NCBI GenBank assembly: GCA_019704295.1
Contig: AP024596.1
Location: 1,440,001 to 1,504,000, forward strand
Length of the DNA stretch: 64,000 nucleotides
Direction: 5' to 3'
From: Sulfolobales archaeon HS-7
GTDB taxonomy: Archaea > Thermoproteota > Thermoprotei_A > Sulfolobales > Sulfolobaceae
Part shown: piece after piece, positions 10,556-20,095 of the stretch
How positions within the stretch are numbered: the stretch's first letter is position 1
Layout of the letters: every line of letters begins with the position of its first letter
Translations under genes and position numbers: made by a program
The notes under the pieces: model-generated
Databases searched by the model: none
Seen by the model: the letters and a program-made list of their open reading frames with translations, nothing else
What the model was told of the DNA's origin: nothing

Positions 10556-12136
10556 GTGGAAGAGACGTGCCCCCTATGTGGGAGCAGGCTCGGAGTTGCC
10601 ACCAGGAAAAGGGTACAGTGTAGGAATTGCAGATTCACTTTTAAGTTAAGGGAAATCGACCCTGAGAGGCTAAGTAGCCTCGTGAAAACAGGGAACGAAC
10701 TCTTTCACCAGGGGAGATATTATCACGCCTTCCTGACTTACCTACAGGGATTTGAGGAGTCCTGCTGGGAAATTAAGGAGGAGAATAGGAAATACTGCTT
10801 TGGCACAGCGTACAACATGGCTGTAGCTTGTTCAAGTCTGGCAAAGAAATTCATTGAGGACTCAAATCCCTCAACCAACGGTGCCGACATTTGGATTTTC
10901 AGAGGGAAGGAACTACTCAGATGGCTCAGGAGAAAAGGGGACGAGGGCGAAGATATTCCCAAATTAGAGAAGGAGTTAAAGGAACTGGAGAGCGTGGATG
11001 GTGAAAAACAGGTAGACCACGATTCCAATTCTGGGAATAGCGAGGTGAGCGAAACGTCAAGCGAATCAAAGGATGAGTCCGAGGACGCTGAATCCAATTT
11101 TCAGAGACCACAGGTAGCGAAGAGGATTACCCCTCTCATAACCTACACGAATGAAGGGGTGATCTCCGAGATATATCCCGGAAAAAGCGTAATCGACTTC
11201 TCGTCGATCGCGGGGTATTCCTCAGTAAAGGAACAGCTCTTTGAGTTCGTGGTGCTCAGGCACAGGAAACCGGAAATAATGGAGAGATATGGGTTGGATT
11301 CTGTTGCTAACGTACTGCTCTATGGTCCTCCCGGTAACGGGAAGACCCTAATGATCGAGGCACTGGCCGGGGAGATGGGAATCCCCTACCTAATTATAAC
11401 CCCCAGTACAGTGCTTAACATGTACACGGGGACTAGCGAGAGAAACCTGGCTACGATATTCAACTTCGCAAAGAGTAACTCACCTTTACTTCTGGGAATT
11501 GACGAGTTAGATGGAATAGGATATGATAGGAATCTCAGAGTCGGAGATAGCACAATAACCGTGATTTCCCAATTACTATTTGAGATAGGGGAACTCAGGA
11601 GTTCGGCGGAATCCGTCTTCGTTGTCGGGACGAGCAACTCCCCTTGGTTAATAGATCCCGCTTTGTTGAGGACGGGAAGATTCGATAAGTGGATATTCGT
11701 CCCGCATCCCTGCAAGGAGGAGAGGAAATCAATATTTGAGTACTACCTAAAGAAACATGGGAATTTCGACCTTGAGAAGTTCGCGAAGATGACGGAATGG
11801 GCATCAGCGTCCGAGATAAGATCAATAGTTACGGACGCACTTATGAAGAAGGCAAGAGACGCATACTTGTCAGGAGACTTTCCTCCACTAACTGAGGAAG
11901 ATCTTGAGCAGGCAATCAAGGTTAGGGGGAACCTGGGAGTTGTAACGAAAAGATGGTACGTTGAGGCCTATCACGCCTTGTCGTGGAATTCCCTTGGAGT
12001 GGAGGGGCCTGTCTTAGATTTCATAGCCAAAGCTGTCAAATCCATGGAGAACGATGGTGGCAATGCCTTTTTTAAAGAGGTTGCGCTTCCGGGTTCTCAT
12101 GTCTTATCTCATTCCTCAGTCCTTGGGCTACACTGA
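10556..12136 (+). CDS. CDC48/Vps4-like AAA+ ATPase with N-terminal Zn ribbon and helical domain
   Basis: CPLC..CRNC, acidic linker, Walker A GPPGNGKT, Walker B LLGIDELD, second region of homology TSNSPWLIDPALLRTGRFD. Confidence 0.9.
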   Translation: MEETCPLCGSRLGVATRKRVQCRNCRFTFKLREIDPERLSSLVKTGNELFHQGRYYHAFLTYLQGFEESCWEIKEENRKYCFGTAYNMAVACSSLAKKFIEDSNPSTNGADIWIFRGKELLRWLRRKGDEGEDIPKLEKELKELESVDGEKQVDHDSNSGNSEVSETSSESKDESEDAESNFQRPQVAKRITPLITYTNEGVISEIYPGKSVIDFSSIAGYSSVKEQLFEFVVLRHRKPEIMERYGLDSVANVLLYGPPGNGKTLMIEALAGEMGIPYLIITPSTVLNMYTGTSERNLATIFNFAKSNSPLLLGIDELDGIGYDRNLRVGDSTITVISQLLFEIGELRSSAESVFVVGTSNSPWLIDPALLRTGRFDKWIFVPHPCKEERKSIFEYYLKKHGNFDLEKFAKMTEWASASEIRSIVTDALMKKARDAYLSGDFPPLTEEDLEQAIKVRGNLGVVTKRWYVEAYHALSWNSLGVEGPVLDFIAKAVKSMENDGGNAFFKEVALPGSHVLSHSSVLGLH

Positions 12137-12709
12137 AGTCACGGGAGAGCGTCTAATGTGCAATAAGTGTTATTTACTTTAAAAACTAAATTTTAATAAG
12201 TGGGAGTAACCTACTTTACACTACTCAATCAGGACGATAGGATAAGGAGAGCCAGAGTGAGTAACCCCCTTTACTAACTTACTATTATACTTTGTCAGAC
12301 CTTAAAAACCAAGCTTTTTAGTTTGTACATATAAACCTACCAAAACATAATTCCTATATTCCACATAGTAAGGCATGTTGTGCAACACCCCAAGAGAGAT
12401 TTTCCTTGACCCTAAGGGTATGACCAAGTATAAAATACCCGACAACAACCTCAGTAAACTTCGAGCTCGTCACGTTGAAAACTCAATTTTTACCTCTGTT
12501 CAATAAAGGATATATAGTCAGTTACGAGTAATTATGTTAACTAATTTTATATTATGTCTTCTCGTGTAATTAAGCGAATTTAATTTTGAAGAGGCGTGTT
12601 TCATAACTTTTTACTTTATCTAGTTATTCACATTAATTGTGCATCGAACACCGTCACGTGAAGTATGATTCGCGAGGGAAAATTAGAACTTCTCGATAGT
12701 GACAAATAA

Positions 12710-12908
12710 TTCTTCTATTTATTTTGATATTCACTTTTTATTTCATACAAGAATTCGGCAACCCCACGTAATACCAAAATATGTATAACAGAACATATAT
12801 TTTTAGACGTAAATTATCGACGGCAACCTCACGTAACCTCTAGGGAGAGCGAGATTGCCGAATTTGATACCGAAAAATTTATGAACGAGAAAGGACAAAA
12901 TAATGAGT
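12710..12908 (+). promoter_or_regulatory. Leader of array 2
   Basis: Inverted copy of the array 1 leader, directly before the first repeat at 12909. Confidence 0.92.
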
Positions 12909-15900
12909 GTTTGTAGCTTTCCTATGAGGGCTTGAAACTAAGTACCGGCACCGATACTTTCACAGGATAGTATGGGTTTGTAGCTTTCCTATGAGGGCTT
13001 GAAACAGGTGTAGTGGTACTGTTGTACTCTGTGACCGTTATGTGTTTGTAGCTTTCCTATGAGGGCTTGAAACTGAAAGATGTGTGATATTGTAGAGGAG
13101 GATAGTCGGTTTGTAGCTTTCCTATGAGGGCTTGAAACATGTTCCTTGTCTAGAACGTAGTAAACTATATCGTTCGTTTGTAGCTTTCCTATGAGGGCTT
13201 GAAACCAGGAACGGGATTACTACTATTATTTTGAACAACAAGTTTGTAGCTTTCCTATGAGGGCTTGAAACTTTCAAATAGTTTCTTTATTATCTTCGGC
13301 TTATTTTCGTTTGTAGCTTTCCTATGAGGGCTTGAAACCGGTTTCAAGACATAGGATAATTATGAATATTATCGAATGTTTGTAGCTTTCCTATGAGGGC
13401 TTGAAACCCACATTACTGCTTTCTTCACTCAACTCTGCCAATAGTTTGTAGCTTTCCTATGAGGGCTTGAAACATTTTGCCCTCCCCCCTGGTACCTTCG
13501 GCAGCGTAAGTTTGTAGCTTTCCTATGAGGGCTTGAAACGGTTCATAAAGAAAAACGGAAAATTGGGGGCATTAAAGTTTGTAGCTTTCCTATGAGGGCT
13601 TGAAACTTCTATCACGATAGTCCTTATATTGTTCATCTGTAAGTTTGTAGCTTTCCTATGAGGGCTTGAAACAGTCCACAGTGTTCTTAGAAGTGCCTCT
13701 AACCCACGTTTGTAGCTTTCCTATGAGGGCTTGAAACAACTCTAAGTACTCATTCAATGGTAACTCTATTTCGGGTTTGTAGCTTTCCTATGAGGGCTTG
13801 AAACAGGTGAGAGGTACGAGTGATGTTCCGGACTGGGTCGGTTTGTAGCTTTCCTATGAGGGCTTGAAACTCACAAACCCCGCGTCCTTCCACAGATCTG
13901 CGTTCCACTGTTTGTAGCTTTCCTATGAGGGCTTGAAACGGTTAAGGGCGGTAGCCCTTATACAGCGAACGAATGGTTTGTAGCTTTCCTATGAGGGCTT
14001 GAAACTTTTTCCTAACAAGCCATGAGACCAAGTCCTCCTTGTTTGTAGCTTTCCTATGAGGGCTTGAAACAAAAAGTGAAAATTAAAATCTCTTTTATTG
14101 TGAAAAGTTTGTAGCTTTCCTATGAGGGCTTGAAACTAAATATAATGGATATCCTAAGTAGATGTTTTCATCAAGTTTGTAGCTTTCCTATGAGGGCTTG
14201 AAACCCAAAATAATACATGGGAATACTAGCATGGTGAAGGGTTTGTAGCTTTCCTATGAGGGCTTGAAACAATTTTCCAGGAGCCAGAACCAGCTCTGAA
14301 TATCTTGTTTGTAGCTTTCCTATGAGGGCTTGAAACAATTTTTCCGTAATCGTGAAGTTTTCACCCTGTACGGGGTTTGTAGCTTTCCTATGAGGGCTTG
14401 AAACCTATTTTGGGTCTCTGGGGAGGCTCTGCTGTTTCAAGGTTTGTAGCTTTCCTATGAGGGCTTGAAACTATATGAAACCAATTTCACGTTCATTTTC
14501 CTATAACCGTTTGTAGCTTTCCTATGAGGGCTTGAAACAAATTTTCTAAGTTTCACGAAACTGAGACAAATACAAAAGGTTTGTAGCTTTCCTATGAGGG
14601 CTTGAAACTAGATCTTCTTTAGTCCGTCAGCCTTACTATTTTTCGTTTGTAGCTTTCCTATGAGGGCTTGAAACTTCGCTATCGTGTGGATGTCTTTCGG
14701 CGTCGCCATGTGTTTGTAGCTTTCCTATGAGGGCTTGAAACTACCGTCCCTGTAGATACTCGTGAATGAATAGATCCAGTTTGTAGCTTTCCTATGAGGG
14801 CTTGAAACCTGGGGAGGCTGCCACACAATGAAACGTGTGAAATCGTTTGTAGCTTTCCTATGAGGGCTTGAAACCTGGGGAGGCTGCCACACAATGAAAC
14901 GTGTGAAATCGTTTGTAGCTTTCCTATGAGGGCTTGAAACTCTTCCTCCGAACTCTGAAGCGAATTGATTACTTCAGTTTGTAGCTTTCCTATGAGGGCT
15001 TGAAACTTCGCCGGGTCCCACCTCATCTTCAGCGATTTGAGGGTTTGTAGCTTTCCTATGAGGGCTTGAAACTAAAGTTACGTAAAAGCACGTAAAAGAC
15101 GTGTAACGTTTGTAGCTTTCCTATGAGGGCTTGAAACACTTTCAGAAAAGCATAAATATTTCCGATAACGTTTTGGTTTGTAGCTTTCCTATGAGGGCTT
15201 GAAACATTCGTTCAATTTCGGATACTAACTTCTCTCCTTCTGTTTGTAGCTTTCCTATGAGGGCTTGAAACGTGACATCTTTCAACCATCTGGAACGATC
15301 TCATCAGGTGGTTTGTAGCTTTCCTATGAGGGCTTGAAACTCATTTTCATCGAAAACAAAATACGCTTTCTTTTTCATTGTTTGTAGCTTTCCTATGAGG
15401 GCTTGAAACAACTAGGTGATGGAGTGAAGGAAAGGGATACGCTCTTGTTTGTAGCTTTCCTATGAGGGCTTGAAACAACGTTCAGCCTGCCACATTAGAT
15501 ATATAGCAGGAAATTGTTTGTAGCTTTCCTATGAGGGCTTGAAACCAAATCGGTGACTGATTTGGGTATATGACGCGATTCTGTTTGTAGCTTTCCTATG
15601 AGGGCTTGAAACTTACATATACCTTTCCAATGTAGTATTTTCTGTTCCAGTTTGTAGCTTTCCTATGAGGGCTTGAAACCTTTCGTTTTTCCCTAGTTGA
15701 CCGCACTCGAAATCGGTTTGTAGCTTTCCTATGAGGGCTTGAAACCATTCCGTTGTATAAGGGTCTGCCTAATCTCCTAAGAGCGTTTGTAGCTTTCCTA
15801 TGAGGGCTTGAAACCTAGAATTCTTTCCTCTATGTTGCCCCCTTCTTTTAGTTTGTAGCTTTCCTATGAGGGCTTGAAACTACATCCCGGGTAATGTGGG

Positions 15901-17547
15901 TTATCCCGGCAAAAATTAGTTTGTAGCTTTCCTATGAGGGCTTGAAACAAGTATGCCCTTATAATGTACGTTTCGCTATTCTCAGTTTGTAGCTTTCCTA
16001 TGAGGGCTTGAAACTTCCCGTTCAGGAAATCGCCCAGGGCTGTAAAATGGTTTGTAGCTTTCCTATGAGGGCTTGAAACCAGAACCAATTGGAGAGTGAG
16101 AATAATGAATGATATAGGTTTGTAGCTTTCCTATGAGGGCTTGAAACCAAATATTATCATATATTTCCCTGTATCCTTGTCAGTTTGTAGCTTTCCTATG
16201 AGGGCTTGAAACAATTTCACGGGAATTTTCATACCTAAACCGAACGGTTGTTTGTAGCTTTCCTATGAGGGCTTGAAACCTTCAGGTCAAAAATTGGGTG
16301 AATACCCGTTATGAGTTTGTAGCTTTCCTATGAGGGCTTGAAACCAGAACCAATTGGAGAGTGAGAATAATGAATGATATAGGTTTGTAGCTTTCCTATG
16401 AGGGCTTGAAACGTGGAGTTTTGGCAGTTATAGGTTTGGAATAGGTACTCCGTCTATGGGGTACCCTGGTGAACTTGAAACGTGGAGTTTTGGCAGTTAT
16501 AGGATTTTGGTATGACCGTTTGTAGCTTTCCTATGAGGGCTTGAAACCAGAACCAATTGGAGAGTGAGAATAATGAATGATATAGGTTTGTAGCTTTCCT
16601 ATGAGGGCTTGAAACCAAATATTATCATATATTTCCCTGTATCCTTGTCAGTTTGTAGCTTTCCTATGAGGGCTTGAAACAATTTCACGGGAATTTTCAT
16701 ACCTAAACCGAACGGTTGTTTGTAGCTTTCCTATGAGGGCTTGAAACCTTCAGGTCAAAAATTGGGTGAATACCCGTTATGAGTTTGTAGCTTTCCTATG
16801 AGGGCTTGAAACAAAAGTAGTCATATATTGATTGTCGGTCAAACCCATGTTTGTAGCTTTCCTATGAGGGCTTGAAACCCCGTACCCAGGTGTTGGGTTT
16901 TTGTTCAATCTCCTCGTTTGTAGCTTTCCTATGAGGGCTTGAAACAGATTAGCCCTAATCCTGCATGTCTGTTAGCGTGTGTTTGTAGCTTTCCTATGAG
17001 GGCTTGAAACCTACTGACACGAGAATGCAGAAGCTGGCTTTCCTGGGTTTGTAGCTTTCCTATGAGGGCTTGAAACCAGCACCAACAACTAACACGACTA
17101 TAGCAAGGACGAGTTTGTAGCTTTCCTATGAGGGCTTGAAACTCCATCCTCTTGTTATTAGTCCTTCTTTTGCCATTTCGCTGTTTGTAGCTTTCCTATG
17201 AGGGCTTGAAACACACGAATATAGTGGAGTTTACGGCACATGGGTATTTTGTTTGTAGCTTTCCTATGAGGGCTTGAAACCTAAAGGTGAACATGTATGC
17301 CACCGGGTGATGGATGTTTGTAGCTTTCCTATGAGGGCTTGAAACATCTGTCATTTCGCGATAAAAACGATAATAAAGTTAGTTTGTAGCTTTCCTATGA
17401 GGGCTTGAAACTTTCATCATACTGCAAAACTTTTCCTTCTTCTAACCTGTTTGTAGCTTTCCTATGAGGGCTTGAAACCTCTTCACTACTTCGATTAAAT
17501 GTGAATTTTTCACTTTTGTTTGTAGCTTTCCTATGAGGGCTTGAAAC
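12909..17547 (+). CRISPR. CRISPR array 2: about 69 repeats
   Basis: Essentially invariant GTTTGTAGCTTTCCTATGAGGGCTTGAAAC at about 66-bp period. Contains duplicated spacers and one aberrant unit at 16405-16517. Confidence 0.98.
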
Positions 17548-17579
17548 ATTTTATTTTCCAAAAAATAATAGGTGGGAAT

Positions 17580-17780
17580 ATGAGTAGAGAGTCTGGATGG
17601 TACGTTCGTTATTTTTTGTACGTAATTTTGCCTGGTCTATTTGTCATAGGTTTGTGGTTTTTCATTTTTGGTAATATTTTACATAATGAATCATTAGCTA
17701 ATAGTTTTCTTGTTTTTATTGTGGTCTCCTTAGTTAGTAGCACTATGTATTATTTTTATCGAAAAAGACATTTATTATAG
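17580..17780 (+). CDS. Small two-TM membrane protein
   Basis: ATG preceded by SD-like AGGTGG; two hydrophobic helices and a basic tail (RKRH). Confidence 0.55.
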   Translation: MSRESGWYVRYFLYVILPGLFVIGLWFFIFGNILHNESLANSFLVFIVVSLVSSTMYYFYRKRHLL

Positions 17781-18852
17781 TTAATAGTAATGACAATGAT
17801 AAGAGTAGAGAAATTACTTTTAGACCTACAGAGAGAGCCCCCGTTAGATGAGCAAAGGGAATCTCAGGAGTCAGCTGCGAATTCAATTTATTTCCCTAAA
17901 AATAGATAAAAGAAATCGACTCTACATTTCGAGTAGTACTAACAGGGGACGAGGGTAAGGTAATATCATAGAAATGCTAACTGTGAACGAGGTAACCCTC
18001 CACGTCAGAATAAGGAAGTTCGTAGAGGGACAGAGCTTAACCACTACACTGGACCCTAAGATATTACTTGACGGCACGTTACTAAATAAATCGGTACAGG
18101 ACATCTAGAGGATAACTCAGGAGCAAGCCGAGAGGGTGAGTCCAAATTAAGAGGGTAAGGAAGTCAAGAGGCAGTACTACGCGAGGTACAGGTACCTCAG
18201 GGGTTCAAGATCATGATGGGAGGAAAGTAGGATTTGGAGTGGATTTTGGCGGAGTTGTACGTATTTTAAGGTGAGGAGAGGATGAGGACGTAGGTTGAGG
18301 AGACTATGGGGCAGAAGAAAGAGATTCTCGCCTTGACAGCGTCTACTCGGTGAAGGGAGGTAAGTTTAACGTCAGGCTCTGGATGCTTGAAACCTGCGTG
18401 ACTTCAAGTATGTGATAGTCGACTTGATATACGTAAAGCTTAAGGGAGTAGGTACTTAGCCTCTAACAATCTGAAGCATAACAAATACTATAGTCTCTGC
18501 CACCGTAAGAGGCCCTACATGTCTGGCCTCTAATAAAGGGTTTACAAGTTGGTATTTAGACAGCTTAAACAGTGGGTGGCTAACACATACGCCAAGGGCT
18601 GGATTTGTGTGTAGCTATCCCCAAGGGCTTTAAGCATGAGATCTCTCCAACCCAAGGCGCTACACCCTTCGCCTTAACACAGCTATGGGAACAGCGAGTT
18701 CGGAACGCTAACTATATCAACATCTCATGGATCGCTATGTTCATCCCTATACTACGTTCTCCCCCTGGAAGTACTCTTGAGGGATTACATCAGTTTATAG
18801 CACCCTTTGAGGGATTGTGACTTCACCGTTCCCTATCCTGTCTCGGCCCCGT

Positions 18853-19010
18853 TGGACTGTTCACGCGTTCATTCCAAACTCAGTTTAATTAGCAAAATAG
18901 AATGAATTTAACTGAATGTAATCGTATTTACAAGGGAATTCCCAGTTAACAATTTCCTTTATTTAATCTCCATTTGCCAAAACTACAATCCAAGCACAAC
19001 CTGAACTCCT
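18853..19010 (+). repeat. Dispersed intergenic repeat; copies at about 38249-38410 and, weaker, about 59853
   Basis: Shared GTTCACGCGTTCATT...AACAATTTCCTTTATTTAAT...TACAAT...AACCTGAA. Confidence 0.75.
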
Positions 19011-19177
19011 ACAGCGTAAATCGCCACCCAGTCATTCATTTCAATGAATTAAACATTTATTGAATTAACTGAATCTGCAATGGGGTATGGTGCCCTATTT
19101 AGTTTTCTTGTAAATAGTGCCTACGGTGAAAATGATCAGCACTCCCTAAAAACTGCACTACCCATCAGTATCATGAC

Positions 19178-20092
19178 CTACTCGCCTTCATCAAATTGCA
19201 ATAGCGAACCCCATCCTAGCTTGCTTAGTTCCCCTAATTTCCTCTTTGCGTTAACCTTAAGAATAGCCCCAGGTAAAATCGCAGGATACATAGGTCTTCT
19301 GGCCCCGACCGACATGCTAAACCCCGTTCCTATTACCCCCAGCTTACCGCTCATCAGAATATCCTTTACTTCTACGTCGTCCACCTTAAGTTTAAGTACG
19401 TCGTCCAGTGATGTTATTCTCACGTTATCCGTTAAGGGAATAAGTGCGGGGGAAACCAGAACGGACTTACCTCCCCCCTTATTCAGGGAAAGAGATACCT
19501 CACTTACCTTTGCGACTCTTCCTTCCCCGCCTATCTCGATCACGCCGTCAAAACTAATGGGCATCTCCAGGTATATTCCCCACGTTTCCACCTCTTTGAA
19601 GTTCCTTATTACCGTAGCGTTTAGGTCCTCTAATTTCGAGCTGTAAAGCATATGTTCCTTAGAGCTTCCCCTACCCAAGTCCCTACCTATCCCTATCCTG
19701 TTGATCTCGGCAGGTTCTATTTTGATGGGGTTACCGTCCTCGTCTCTAGCCAACACTACTCTATCTTCCCTCTTTTCCAGCAACAGGAGCTTCCCCGGGA
19801 AATCGTGAACCATTATGAACTCACCCTTTTGCGTTTCCCTCTTCGCGTACACCCCCTTCACGTAGATCACAGGTCCCCACACGTCAACGAAGGTCTTCTC
19901 GAATTCTTGGATCTCGTTTTGCGGCGTCAGGGTTTTAATCCCCACGTACTTCCTGTAAATTGCGCCTAACACTGTGCTCACTAGGGGAAGAGGTTCCGAA
20001 ATCCCCTTATTCATGGGTCCGCTGAAGTTGGGAGAGTATTCCCCGTACCACCTGAAGAACACGGGTTCTATAGGCCTTATGAGCAGTCCCAT
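19178..20092 (-). CDS. cmr3: Type III-B Cmr3 (Cas5 group)
   Basis: LIRPIEPVFFR..PLPLVSTVLGA, IGGEGRVA, AILPGA and C-terminal LGWGS; follows cas10. Confidence 0.9.
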   Translation of the reverse strand: MGLLIRPIEPVFFRWYGEYSPNFSGPMNKGISEPLPLVSTVLGAIYRKYVGIKTLTPQNEIQEFEKTFVDVWGPVIYVKGVYAKRETQKGEFIMVHDFPGKLLLLEKREDRVVLARDEDGNPIKIEPAEINRIGIGRDLGRGSSKEHMLYSSKLEDLNATVIRNFKEVETWGIYLEMPISFDGVIEIGGEGRVAKVSEVSLSLNKGGGKSVLVSPALIPLTDNVRITSLDDVLKLKVDDVEVKDILMSGKLGVIGTGFSMSVGARRPMYPAILPGAILKVNAKRKLGELSKLGWGSLLQFDEGE

Positions 20093-20095
20093 CCC

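Noticed and set aside
18200-18450. IS256-like transposase remnant (KYVIVDLIYVKLK)
   Set aside because: One short motif with no ORF or terminal repeats; cannot be supported without a search.
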